This document shows positions 35,332 through 49,061 of a stretch of 64,000 nucleotides of DNA, piece by piece. Every line of letters begins with the position of its first letter. Positions within the stretch are counted from its first letter, which is position 1. The notes under the pieces were generated by a model. The model had not been told where the DNA came from, did no database searches, and worked only from the letters and a program-made list of their open reading frames with translations. This DNA comes from Botryllus schlosseri (Eukaryota), in the NCBI GenBank assembly GCA_051294905.1, contig CM119372.1:29886001-29950000 (forward strand), in the 5' to 3' direction. The position numbers were made by a program, and so were the translations under genes.

Positions 35332-38300
35332 TTCAACCATCTCTCGCGTGGTGTTGAATAGTCACCAACAATAACCGCACAAACGGAAACGTGGCTTGTT
35401 GTGAGGATTAAGCAGTGCGACCTATATTTCGAATGACCTGCGCGCTGAATTGTTTCCGTGCAGTCGTGTGCTACTATCGATTATTACACTAGACCAGTCA
35501 GTGCGAAATAGTTTACCAAATCTAGGAATCAGTCGCATGGTGTTACTTTAGTAATTAGTTTACCACAGAGCCGGCGTAGACGGCGATTCGAATATCAACA
35601 ATAACCGCGTTCACATACTATCACTTCGAAAAAAGGTGTGAAATATTTGTAAAATCCTACGATCGCCCACAAGATAACACCTAAGACATAACCATTTTTG
35701 CGTCTTGTCATTACTTACATCCCAATCGCTACAGTTTAATATGTCGATGGTTTTTTACTATCAAGTAATAAGTAATGAATAACAGAACCGGTGCAGACTC
35801 TGATTCGAAAACCAACAATTTGGCACTTGCACGCGATCGCTATATGTTTTGACACTTCGGAAGAGTGGTTGACTTTAGTTGCGTGATACAAATCATGAGA
35901 ATATTCAATCAATGTACCAATTTGTCAACTTGAAATGAAACTCACTATATACAAATCAAGTTGATTCGTATTTGAATGTGTTGATTCGACACAACTCAAA
36001 TCCTTTGAGAAATCCTTTTAACACGATCTATCGAATCAAACGTAACCTGAATATTACTGACGCTAACATTCGGCCGCGTCGGATTATTCGCACATTCCGC
36101 GCTGCTGTTTTCACGTCTATAGAATCAATACCAACTATAACTCTACAAGAATCAAGAATCACAAGTATGTGCATTATACAGTTATTGTCTTTATCAACTT
36201 GAAATCAATCCCTTAACAAAAACACACATCTTATCACTTGTCAACTCTATCATGAAAATCCTCGAACCCGTATTATTAAGAATGTTATAGTACGGCGTCG
36301 GAAATCCACTCGCGAGATGTACTAAAGGTAAATCCAAATAATCCAGAATGAAATATTTGGACTTGACATTGTGTGAATTGAAATATGTTTGAAAAACATG
36401 ACTACCAACTTTCAACCCAGTCATAGTTAGAGATTATACGCATATTGATTTGAAACAAGTAATGAAACCTTACAACTCTATTCACAGTTTTCCGTTTGTC
36501 AAATAGAGTTTCAGTAAATAATTTCACTATGCTATCGCGATATTTAAATGTGTTACTACACACAATCAAGTCAATCAATGAAATCGCACCTGTTGTAAAT
36601 ATTTCACACTTGACAACCGCTTGCACATAACACGATCGAGTTGCAATGCGATGAGTTGAATCGGAATATTTCAACCTACTTTGTCAAATCGCGATTTGAA
36701 GTAGGATCGCCAGACAGACTGGGTAAACTTTCACTCCAATGCGTTTCAGATTAATTTATTCACACGATCACCATCTCGCTGTCTTCACACTTACACAATC
36801 GCGTACTGTTTCCACTCGCAACTTCGGTACGATATTTCAACTTGTCACAATAACTGATTATTCACATGTTGATTTGAAACAAAAGAAGCCTTGAACAAGT
36901 TATCTGGTTATTTTTTTTGTCGCAATTGAGTTAATGGAAATAGTATTACGCCTCGAAATTTTAACATCTTACCATACTCAAAAGAGTCAATCATGAAAAC
37001 CTTGTCAAGTAAATCCGTAAACCTTGTCAAGTAAATCCGTTTGTAACTCGACCAACCAACTATACAGTACCCGTACAGAAAGAAGACAAGATTATGCGAG
37101 TACATACAATCGCTACAATCTAAGCAAGTTCGGTTGTAGTCATATACCACCAAATCGTCTTTTTTGTTCAACTGTAAAAGTCGTTACTATTCTGTAAGAT
37201 AAAGTAATTACTACTCGGTATATTTTATAAACCAAAGTAAATACTACTCGGTGGGCGGTTTGAGATTAACATATTACATTTGAGTATACGAGATTTGAAT
37301 GTCTGACCAACGTAGTTGAGAATTCATTTCTTACAATCGAACGCAGGCGTTATATTGAAAATTTTCACGATGTAAACATTCTTATTAACACATTGATTTT
37401 GACATATGAGATTTTGTAATAGTCGATCATGACTTGATTATTAAATTATGACATTATTAGACCGGGGTTGTGTTGAAGGCTATTACGATACAAACAAACT
37501 TTACAGAAACATTGTTATTAGCATATCGATTTGTGGAACTAGATTAACATGTCAGAAATGTTTTGATTGGGAAGATTAAGCCGTGTTCGTAAAAACCACA
37601 CAGCGTATCGCGGATATCAGAAAATATTTTACAAATGTAATTGTCTCCACTAACCAAGACTAAAGATGAAAAAACAATTTCCTCTGTTAAACAATAACCG
37701 GTACAATAATTTATCATCGTAATCAGCAGTGAGAATTGCAACACTTTCGCACATTATCCGGTGTCAAGATATCACACTTGGTGAATTGACATACCGCCGC
37801 TTGATTAATGCTTAATCCGTTCGCACCATTTCACATACTTTGATCATTACAAAAGTAAATTGGAATATGTTTGCTAGATGCATTCAATTCAGTTAGAAAT
37901 GTCTGGTACACAACAATCGTAATATCAAAAAAGTACTTGCTACACTGTAATTCACTTAACGTGTTTTGCATTGTTGTTCATTTGTAGTATTGATTGTTTT
38001 TGAACCTCCAAATAATAATTCCCGACATGAAACCAAACCGCTGAAAGTCGTTACCATCACAACGAAACAATTTGTACGATGTTTGCCAAATGTATCCTAT
38101 AGTTAGGTGTACTAGAATCACTGGTCCAACACATACACCGACAATGCAATCGAAATTTTCCCCATTGTCATTCGTCAAAGTAAAGGTCGTCACAATACTC
38201 AACCCATAAAAGATCTTACTTGTATGTGATTGAATCGCAGGTAATTAACCCACTAAATCAAACCATAAGGAAATTTCACTCACTCATCGGATATGAAACA

Positions 38301-40122
38301 GCGTCACTTAATCGGCGTAGATCGTTTTACTAAATGCAAATCATACCTGACCAACAGAAAACAATTTTCACTCACCTTGTAATGAAACCAAGTGGTGGGC
38401 CTTCGTTCAATATTTTGTCTGTGTCAAATACTTTGTAATAAACACAATGGAGTGGTTGAGCTTTACATCATCAAGCTGTCATTAATAAATCAAGATTTCG
38501 GTAAACTTGTAAATGTATCGTTTAACTAACCGAGTTGTATACACAGTTTGATATTTTTGTCATTTAGTGATTGCTGAACATACCACTTCGAAATACTGCG
38601 TTGATCTCAATTCCCTTTGTCCTGATAATCGAAGTACTTTTGTTTTGAATTCATAACAATCGGCTTTTCTATGACATAATAAATTAGAAGAATTAGAAGA
38701 TTGGTTGCATATCACTAAAAATAAGATACCACACATATTATTACTGTTACTCCATTCATCGGTATTTTTTCCGTTGTCGATTTTCAAACGAGTAAAATTT
38801 ATTACTTGAGTTGCTCTGCTTACTATAATTAAATGTAAACTCACCCGTCTTTCAACAACAAACAATGTTAAAAAAGTACGCAATCAAACACAACAAGTTT
38901 TACGATACTAATAATTATCCCACATAACCCATTTCTTACCGAGGACATATGAAATATATTCATGTTACACGAAAAGATTCGCTCATGCTACAAACCTGTA
39001 CAATGATTGGTGGTGCTTTCAAACTGTTTCGATACCTCAAGAACTTTATTGTCTGAATGGTTGTTCATGTATCGTAATAATCAAGTAGTTCAACACAGAA
39101 CTAGTATTAACAGAAACACCAGAGTTGTTTACACAAAAGTTTGTCTGTGTACAGTATGCGAATACCATGTGTAAGTCCAGCACAATTGTGGTATCCATAC
39201 GAGTTTAGTTAACACAATTTACGACACCGAGGTCGCCTCATCTTTCGTAAGACAACAAACCAAGGCTTCAGGATATGTCCATGTCATAACAATAAATCAG
39301 CTACTCCAACAACAGAGTACATATGTTTTCTAGTTACGGTGCTTACATCTTACACACAAATCGACCTACTTTGCTAACGAAAAGCGCTGAGTCATCACAT
39401 GGTTATCCTCACAACAATACAACTAAAACATCCTGTCATACAAAATTGCCGTTATAGTTTGCACACCAACGATACATCGTACAAGTAGCAAGTCTCGAGA
39501 ATCCAGTTATTCAAAAAACGTGAAAGTGTTTCTACGCCAAGTCGGTATGTTGACGAAAGCATATATTGTAATATCATGATCGATTTACATTCGTTGGTCA
39601 CAAAATGTCACTACTCTAAATAATTATTTTTCACTCAAAGCCTACTTGTCGCCATTCGTTTCATCAAGCACGAGTTCAAGAAACCTGCTACGACATGAAT
39701 TGTTATTTTTATGTTGTGTAAATAGGTAATAATTAATTTTAGTAACACTAAATCAACATCATCGAGTTGCGCGAATAGATTTACATGTGGTCTTGTAGTT
39801 TTAATCGAAGTATACAGCACGGTCTAATGTAGAGTCATCTCTACTGTACAGCAACTCGGTAATCGAAATGTATTAAAATTTAAACAACGATCTTGTTTCG
39901 TCGCACCAAAAATATGTTTACCATCGCGATACTCTGCACAGGCCGTGTAAATCCTTTTCACACTCGTAATAGTATACCAACAGCTACCGGCGACAACGTT
40001 TAACAATACCAACGACACTAAACATACGATACCTACCCAAGTAAAATTACCATTTTCACCTGAAGGTCGGTCGTTACCCGAGTAGAAATACCATTGTCCT
40101 TTGGAGATTTATCGTTTACGCA

Positions 40123-40476
40123 GTGTAACAAACCCCTTTTCCTTTGGAAATCTATTTTTTCTCTGGGTAACAAACCTTTTTCACTTGGAAATATATTTTT
40201 TCTCTGGTTAACAAACCTTTTTCACTTGGAAATATATTTTTTCTCTTGGTAACAAACCTTTTTCACTTGGAAATCTATTTTTTTCCTGGGTAACAAACCT
40301 TTTTCACTTGGAAATATCTTTTTTCCTCGGGTAACAAACCTTTTTCGCTAGGAAACATATTTTTTTCCCTGGGTAACAAACCTTTTTCACTTGAAAATAT
40401 ATTTTTTCCTCGGGTAACAAACCTTTTTCACTTGGAAATATATTTTTTCCTCGGGTAACAAACCATTTTCACTTGG
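40123..40476. repeat. ~41-bp minisatellite, about 9 copies (mirror 43107-43460)
   Basis: GGGTAACAAACCTTTTTCACTTGGAAATATATTTTTTCCTC units. Confidence 0.9.
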
Positions 40477-40991
40477 CCGTCCGTCGTTTACCTGAGTAAA
40501 AATATCATTTTCCTTTGGGGATCTGGCGTTTACCCAGTGTAACAATACATTTTCTCTTGGTCATCTAGCTTTTCCTAGAGTAACAAAACCATTTTCATTT
40601 TGAAATCTGACAAACACACCAGACAATTTGATATTTTTGTATATTGTTACAACGGATAGCGACAAAATATACACCAACAACAACTCCAATACATTTGTGT
40701 AATCGCATATTCACTTGTGCTGATGCAACCCATCAAAATCATTGGTTACTCACATGTAATGTACTGTACATCGATGTGAATGTTTTGGAAAATTGGACAA
40801 TAGACTTCGATAGTTCTGTGATGTCCGGGTTCGTGCTTTGGGTTTTCCAGAGTCAAAATGTCTGAATAAAACACCTCCTCGACGATGGTTGGTATGTGGA
40901 TAACGGTGTTCGGAAAACGGTTCACCCATCGCGATAACAATTCCAGATCGAGTTTTCCCCCTGCATGTTTACTATATTGTGTCTTTATTGG

Positions 40992-41444
40992 TCAATGTAT
41001 GTCTCGACATTCAGTTTGAAATCGGAAACCCTGATAAAGTATGTAACCGGATCCGGATATCAACTCTGAATCGATAAACCAATGAACAATATTCAAAGTA
41101 AACATGGTACACCCTGTGTTTCCACGAAAAAAATACCATCCAGACATACGTCGCGCTTGTTTGCCCACACCAGTATACACGCAAATGGAGGTGTGTGACA
41201 TTGCATGCAATGTGTTGGTATACAAACATCGATCCACAGACATTATCATAGCCGGTAGTTTTGATGTAGATCGAATGTCATCACACCCGATAACAATGTC
41301 ATACCAATAAGCCACATTGCAATGACTCTGAGTCAATCTGAAGCAGGACATACAGACACACAAACAGGGAGCCGTAACATGGGGTATTCGCACGACAGTG
41401 AAAGTGAACTGTACAGTACATACCAATATTGTGATCACAGTCAA
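40992..41444 (-). CDS. hypothetical Cys-rich protein crossing the arm/spacer junction
   Basis: 150-aa ORF whose ATG overlaps the upstream ORF stop (ATGA); only a 5'-truncated mirror exists at 42249-42591. Confidence 0.4.
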   Translation of the reverse strand: MTVITILVCTVQFTFTVVRIPHVTAPCLCVCMSCFRLTQSHCNVAYWYDIVIGCDDIRSTSKLPAMIMSVDRCLYTNTLHAMSHTSICVYTGVGKQARRMSGWYFFRGNTGCTMFTLNIVHWFIDSELISGSGYILYQGFRFQTECRDIH

Positions 41445-41716
41445 ATATGCGAACCGTGCACAATCATATACCCTGGTTTTTGTTGGATATGTACGAAACC
41501 AATAAATCGATACATTTGTTTTCCTTTGACGTCAACAATACAAGCACCATTCCAATGCATCGCTCGAATGTGAGGTTCGTCGGGTGTAAAATCCATGTCA
41601 AATAACACCAAAGTGTGCCTTCCGTGTTTTATTATTTCCACCGACGCTTCTTGTCTGTGTCGTAACACTATGGTGCGTGGAGTTGAAAAACGGTAAATTG
41701 TAAAACGGATTGACAT
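41441..41716 (-). CDS. orphan family A protein, copy 3, in the palindrome spacer
   Basis: Gapless alignment with 21417-21704, about 41/88 identical by hand count (YRF, VLR, LFDxDF, WNG, DVxGK, RFxG, IQxKxG). Confidence 0.7.
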   Translation of the reverse strand: MSIRFTIYRFSTPRTIVLRHRQEASVEIIKHGRHTLVLFDMDFTPDEPHIRAMHWNGACIVDVKGKQMYRFIGFVHIQQKPGYMIVHGSHI

Positions 41717-42248
41717 GACCAACAGAATCGACGTCAATAGTCTTGTGACGATGTCGTTTCAAAATGTTACCGATCTCTTGTGGTGATGACCGTTTTTTGT
41801 AATGTCACCGGATGAACTGGACCCTTACGATGATGTGTTTTATGATTGCGTGTGAAATCACGAGGTAGTGTTCTATTGTGGTGTACGATTGCAGTCTTCA
41901 TTCCACAGAAACACACCTTATTGGATCACAATATCAGTCCGAGATTTTCAGAATCACTGTTCGCGATATTTATCTGGAGTCGTTATGTGGGAGTAGCGAC
42001 ATCCATACATCGTGACTGAAAGACTGATCGCAATCATTTCGAGCGCCGTACTTCGATGGTTCACCTTGGTCAAACGCTGTACAACAGAAAACTTCGGTCT
42101 CGACAACACGACTGATATTGACCGATGTATCCAATTGGTCTGGGTGATCTGTCCGGAGATAGGGTCATGACTATTTTGTAATGTTACAACGCGATAAAAC
42201 CATCGAGTAAATCAGTGAACGGTGTCGAAATATCGATGTAACAGCGCG

Positions 42249-45200
42249 GACTCAGAGTCATTGCAATGTGGCTTATTGGTATGACATTGTTATCGGGTGT
42301 GATGACATTCGATCTACATCAAAACTACCGGCTATGATAATGTCTGTGGATCGATGTTTGTATACCAACACATTGCATGCAATGTCACACACCTCCATTT
42401 GCGTGTATACTGGTGTGGGCAAACAAGCGCGACGTATGTCTGGATGGTATTTTTTTCGTGGAAACACAGGGTGTACCATGTTTACTTTGAATATTGTTCA
42501 TTGGTTTATCGATTCAGAGTTGATATCCGGATCCGGTTACATACTTTATCAGGGTTTCCGATTTCAAACTGAATGTCGAGACATACATTGACCAATAAAG
42601 ACACAATATAGTAAACATGCAGGGGGAAAACTCGATCTGGAATTGTTATCGCGATGGGTGAACCGTTTTCCGAACACCGTTATCCACATACCAACCATCG
42701 TCGAGGAGGTGTTTTATTCAGACATTTTGACTCTGGAAAACCCAAAGCACGAACCCGGACATCACAGAACTATCGAAGTCTATTGTCCAATTTTCCAAAA
42801 CATTCACATCGATGTACAGTACATTACATGTGAGTAACCAATGATTTTGATGGGTTGCATCAGCACAAGTGAATATGCGATTACACAAATGTATTGGAGT
42901 TGTTGTTGGTGTATATTTTGTCGCTATCCGTTGTAACAATATACAAAAATATCAAATTGTCTGGTGTGTTTGTCAGATTTCAAAATGAAAATGGTTTTGT
43001 TACTCTAGGAAAAGCTAGATGACCAAGAGAAAATGTATTGTTACACTGGGTAAACGCCAGATCCCCAAAGGAAAATGATATTTTTACTCAGGTAAACGAC
43101 GGACGGCCAAGTGAAAATGGTTTGTTACCCGAGGAAAAAATATATTTCCAAGTGAAAAAGGTTTGTTACCCGAGGAAAAAATATATTTTCAAGTGAAAAA
43201 GGTTTGTTACCCAGGGAAAAAAATATGTTTCCTAGCGAAAAAGGTTTGTTACCCGAGGAAAAAAGATATTTCCAAGTGAAAAAGGTTTGTTACCCAGGAA
43301 AAAAATAGATTTCCAAGTGAAAAAGGTTTGTTACCAAGAGAAAAAATATATTTCCAAGTGAAAAAGGTTTGTTAACCAGAGAAAAAATATATTTCCAAGT
43401 GAAAAAGGTTTGTTACCCAGAGAAAAAATAGATTTCCAAAGGAAAAGGGGTTTGTTACACTGCGTAAACGATAAATCTCCAAAGGACAATGGTATTTCTA
43501 CTCGGGTAACGACCGACCTTCAGGTGAAAATGGTAATTTTACTTGGGTAGGTATCGTATGTTTAGTGTCGTTGGTATTGTTAAACGTTGTCGCCGGTAGC
43601 TGTTGGTATACTATTACGAGTGTGAAAAGGATTTACACGGCCTGTGCAGAGTATCGCGATGGTAAACATATTTTTGGTGCGACGAAACAAGATCGTTGTT
43701 TAAATTTTAATACATTTCGATTACCGAGTTGCTGTACAGTAGAGATGACTCTACATTAGACCGTGCTGTATACTTCGATTAAAACTACAAGACCACATGT
43801 AAATCTATTCGCGCAACTCGATGATGTTGATTTAGTGTTACTAAAATTAATTATTACCTATTTACACAACATAAAAATAACAATTCATGTCGTAGCAGGT
43901 TTCTTGAACTCGTGCTTGATGAAACGAATGGCGACAAGTAGGCTTTGAGTGAAAAATAATTATTTAGAGTAGTGACATTTTGTGACCAACGAATGTAAAT
44001 CGATCATGATATTACAATATATGCTTTCGTCAACATACCGACTTGGCGTAGAAACACTTTCACGTTTTTTGAATAACTGGATTCTCGAGACTTGCTACTT
44101 GTACGATGTATCGTTGGTGTGCAAACTATAACGGCAATTTTGTATGATAGGATGTTTTAGTTGTATTGTTGTGAGGATAACCATGTGATGACTTAGCGCT
44201 TTTCGTTAGCAAAGTAGGTCGATTTGTGTGTAAGATGTAAGCACCGTAACTAGAAAACATATGTACTCTGTTGTTGGAGTAGCTGATTTATTGTTATGAC
44301 ATGGACATATCCTGAAGCCTTGGTTTGTTGTCTTACGAAAGATGAGGCGACCTCGGTGTCGTAAATTGTGTTAACTAAACTCGTATGGATACCACAATTG
44401 TGCTGGACTTACACATGGTATTCGCATACTGTACACAGACAAACTTTTGTGTAAACAACTCTGGTGTTTCTGTTAATACTAGTTCTGTGTTGAACTACTT
44501 GATTATTACGATACATGAACAACCATTCAGACAATAAAGTTCTTGAGGTATCGAAACAGTTTGAAAGCACCACCAATCATTGTACAGGTTTGTAGCATGA
44601 GCGAATCTTTTCGTGTAACATGAATATATTTCATATGTCCTCGGTAAGAAATGGGTTATGTGGGATAATTATTAGTATCGTAAAACTTGTTGTGTTTGAT
44701 TGCGTACTTTTTTAACATTGTTTGTTGTTGAAAGACGGGTGAGTTTACATTTAATTATAGTAAGCAGAGCAACTCAAGTAATAAATTTTACTCGTTTGAA
44801 AATCGACAACGGAAAAAATACCGATGAATGGAGTAACAGTAATAATATGTGTGGTATCTTATTTTTAGTGATATGCAACCAATCTTCTAATTCTTCTAAT
44901 TTATTATGTCATAGAAAAGCCGATTGTTATGAATTCAAAACAAAAGTACTTCGATTATCAGGACAAAGGGAATTGAGATCAACGCAGTATTTCGAAGTGG
45001 TATGTTCAGCAATCACTAAATGACAAAAATATCAAACTGTGTATACAACTCGGTTAGTTAAACGATACATTTACAAGTTTACCGAAATCTTGATTTATTA
45101 ATGACAGCTTGATGATGTAAAGCTCAACCACTCCATTGTGTTTATTACAAAGTATTTGACACAGACAAAATATTGAACGAAGGCCCACCACTTGGTTTCA

Positions 45201-48200
45201 TTACAAGGTGAGTGAAAATTGTTTTCTGTTGGTCAGGTATGATTTGCATTTAGTAAAACGATCTACGCCGATTAAGTGACGCTGTTTCATATCCGATGAG
45301 TGAGTGAAATTTCCTTATGGTTTGATTTAGTGGGTTAATTACCTGCGATTCAATCACATACAAGTAAGATCTTTTATGGGTTGAGTATTGTGACGACCTT
45401 TACTTTGACGAATGACAATGGGGAAAATTTCGATTGCATTGTCGGTGTATGTGTTGGACCAGTGATTCTAGTACACCTAACTATAGGATACATTTGGCAA
45501 ACATCGTACAAATTGTTTCGTTGTGATGGTAACGACTTTCAGCGGTTTGGTTTCATGTCGGGAATTATTATTTGGAGGTTCAAAAACAATCAATACTACA
45601 AATGAACAACAATGCAAAACACGTTAAGTGAATTACAGTGTAGCAAGTACTTTTTTGATATTACGATTGTTGTGTACCAGACATTTCTAACTGAATTGAA
45701 TGCATCTAGCAAACATATTCCAATTTACTTTTGTAATGATCAAAGTATGTGAAATGGTGCGAACGGATTAAGCATTAATCAAGCGGCGGTATGTCAATTC
45801 ACCAAGTGTGATATCTTGACACCGGATAATGTGCGAAAGTGTTGCAATTCTCACTGCTGATTACGATGATAAATTATTGTACCGGTTATTGTTTAACAGA
45901 GGAAATTGTTTTTTCATCTTTAGTCTTGGTTAGTGGAGACAATTACATTTGTAAAATATTTTCTGATATCCGCGATACGCTGTGTGGTTTTTACGAACAC
46001 GGCTTAATCTTCCCAATCAAAACATTTCTGACATGTTAATCTAGTTCCACAAATCGATATGCTAATAACAATGTTTCTGTAAAGTTTGTTTGTATCGTAA
46101 TAGCCTTCAACACAACCCCGGTCTAATAATGTCATAATTTAATAATCAAGTCATGATCGACTATTACAAAATCTCATATGTCAAAATCAATGTGTTAATA
46201 AGAATGTTTACATCGTGAAAATTTTCAATATAACGCCTGCGTTCGATTGTAAGAAATGAATTCTCAACTACGTTGGTCAGACATTCAAATCTCGTATACT
46301 CAAATGTAATATGTTAATCTCAAACCGCCCACCGAGTAGTATTTACTTTGGTTTATAAAATATACCGAGTAGTAATTACTTTATCTTACAGAATAGTAAC
46401 GACTTTTACAGTTGAACAAAAAAGACGATTTGGTGGTATATGACTACAACCGAACTTGCTTAGATTGTAGCGATTGTATGTACTCGCATAATCTTGTCTT
46501 CTTTCTGTACGGGTACTGTATAGTTGGTTGGTCGAGTTACAAACGGATTTACTTGACAAGGTTTACGGATTTACTTGACAAGGTTTTCATGATTGACTCT
46601 TTTGAGTATGGTAAGATGTTAAAATTTCGAGGCGTAATACTATTTCCATTAACTCAATTGCGACAAAAAAATAACCAGATAACTTGTTCAAGGCTTCTTT
46701 TGTTTCAAATCAACATGTGAATAATCAGTTATTGTGACAAGTTGAAATATCGTACCGAAGTTGCGAGTGGAAACAGTACGCGATTGTGTAAGTGTGAAGA
46801 CAGCGAGATGGTGATCGTGTGAATAAATTAATCTGAAACGCATTGGAGTGAAAGTTTACCCAGTCTGTCTGGCGATCCTACTTCAAATCGCGATTTGACA
46901 AAGTAGGTTGAAATATTCCGATTCAACTCATCGCATTGCAACTCGATCGTGTTATGTGCAAGCGGTTGTCAAGTGTGAAATATTTACAACAGGTGCGATT
47001 TCATTGATTGACTTGATTGTGTGTAGTAACACATTTAAATATCGCGATAGCATAGTGAAATTATTTACTGAAACTCTATTTGACAAACGGAAAACTGTGA
47101 ATAGAGTTGTAAGGTTTCATTACTTGTTTCAAATCAATATGCGTATAATCTCTAACTATGACTGGGTTGAAAGTTGGTAGTCATGTTTTTCAAACATATT
47201 TCAATTCACACAATGTCAAGTCCAAATATTTCATTCTGGATTATTTGGATTTACCTTTAGTACATCTCGCGAGTGGATTTCCGACGCCGTACTATAACAT
47301 TCTTAATAATACGGGTTCGAGGATTTTCATGATAGAGTTGACAAGTGATAAGATGTGTGTTTTTGTTAAGGGATTGATTTCAAGTTGATAAAGACAATAA
47401 CTGTATAATGCACATACTTGTGATTCTTGATTCTTGTAGAGTTATAGTTGGTATTGATTCTATAGACGTGAAAACAGCAGCGCGGAATGTGCGAATAATC
47501 CGACGCGGCCGAATGTTAGCGTCAGTAATATTCAGGTTACGTTTGATTCGATAGATCGTGTTAAAAGGATTTCTCAAAGGATTTGAGTTGTGTCGAATCA
47601 ACACATTCAAATACGAATCAACTTGATTTGTATATAGTGAGTTTCATTTCAAGTTGACAAATTGGTACATTGATTGAATATTCTCATGATTTGTATCACG
47701 CAACTAAAGTCAACCACTCTTCCGAAGTGTCAAAACATATAGCGATCGCGTGCAAGTGCCAAATTGTTGGTTTTCGAATCAGAGTCTGCACCGGTTCTGT
47801 TATTCATTACTTATTACTTGATAGTAAAAAACCATCGACATATTAAACTGTAGCGATTGGGATGTAAGTAATGACAAGACGCAAAAATGGTTATGTCTTA
47901 GGTGTTATCTTGTGGGCGATCGTAGGATTTTACAAATATTTCACACCTTTTTTCGAAGTGATAGTATGTGAACGCGGTTATTGTTGATATTCGAATCGCC
48001 GTCTACGCCGGCTCTGTGGTAAACTAATTACTAAAGTAACACCATGCGACTGATTCCTAGATTTGGTAAACTATTTCGCACTGACTGGTCTAGTGTAATA
48101 ATCGATAGTAGCACACGACTGCACGGAAACAATTCAGCGCGCAGGTCATTCGAAATATAGGTCGCACTGCTTAATCCTCACAACAAGCCACGTTTCCGTT

Positions 48201-48558
48201 TGTGCGGTTATTGTTGGTGACTATTCAACACCACGCGAGAGATGGTTGAAAGTGCGAATCACGACCGCACCCATAAGAACACATGGCGAGTCACCACAGA
48301 TCCCGTAAGAATACATGGCGCATCACCGCCGCAGCCCATAGCAAAAAAGACGAGTCACGACCGCGAGTTTTCACGGCGAATCACCGCCACCGCCTATAGC
48401 AAAAAAGGCGAATCACGACCGCACCCATAAGAACACATGGCGCATCACCGCCGCAGCCTATAGCAAAAAAGGCGCATCACCACCCCCGGTTTTCAGGCGC
48501 GTCACCACCCCGCCCATAAGAACCCCATTACGAATCGCGACCGATCATACTAACTACT
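42249..48558 (-). repeat. right arm of giant inverted repeat
   Basis: Reverse complement of 35024-41334; I saw only two substitutions (~44148, ~44194) and one homopolymer indel (~46670). Confidence 0.97.
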
Positions 48559-49004
48559 TACATATCAGTCCAGTTTCGTGCCGTATTCTGATAACAATCA
48601 TAATCATCCTGGTACAGTCTGGCGCTCTCAACATACATTGGATCTTTTGGGTTCGGGGAAGCCAATAATGACGAAATTGAGACCAATACTTTCCCCAACG
48701 TTAAAGCAGGCGACCATTCCTCTGCAAGAATGTCAATGCATATGGTACCCTTACGGCTTATATTTGGATGAAAAATTCTGGTCTCGAATTTAATCTTCGG
48801 GGGCTTGAATGGATATTCCGTTGGAAATTCGATTCTCAGATTGAAGATCCCTTTTTCATATGGTGTTTTTGATGGTCCGCGCAATATTGCTTGCCAAACA
48901 TAGATATCCGACTCGTCCAATGGCCCCGCTTGTAAAATTACGGGATTTGTTTGAATTTCTTGAACAATCTTCCGCCGCTCCACATGTAATCTATGTTTTG
49001 CCAT
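48559..49004 (-). CDS. UBE2D: ubiquitin-conjugating enzyme E2 (Ubc4/5, UBE2D-like), intronless, last codons displaced by insertion
   Basis: WQAILRGPSKTPYEKG, FPTEYPFKPPK, FHPNI..G.ICIDIL (catalytic Cys), WSPALT; likely ATG at 49004. Confidence 0.93.
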
Positions 49005-49061
49005 TCGTTGTAGATTTATACTATCCAATAAGATTTACACACATAAAAAGAAAGGGAAACA

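Larger units (their letters stand above)
35024..41334 (+). repeat. left arm of giant inverted repeat
   Basis: Reverse complement of 42249-48558; all ORFs in the arm are mirrored. Confidence 0.97.
35024..48558. mobile_element. non-autonomous Maverick/Polinton-like element, 13.5-kb palindrome
   Basis: Termini AGTAGTTAGTATG...CATACTAACTACT; 6-bp TSD TACATA (35018-35023, 48559-48564); arms 35024-41334 and 42249-48558; no pPolB, integrase or capsid ORF. Confidence 0.85.

Noticed and set aside
35972..39820. Many 60-107 aa ORFs in the palindrome arms as Maverick genes
   Set aside because: Mostly TTG/GTG starts, with no pPolB, integrase, ATPase, protease or capsid motifs; may be decayed orphans but not supportable
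39824..40018. FRLPSCC ending resembling Spaetzle/cystine-knot proteins
   Set aside because: Only 64 aa, GTG start, and lacks the final Cys and full knot pattern
40123..40476. 41-bp repeats as a CRISPR array
   Set aside because: Head-to-tail units without unique spacers, no cas genes, eukaryotic context
35024..48558. Giant inverted repeat as a pure assembly fold-back artefact
   Set aside because: Exact 6-bp TSD, a split E2 gene that rejoins in frame and a few differences between the arms argue it is real; read support is still needed
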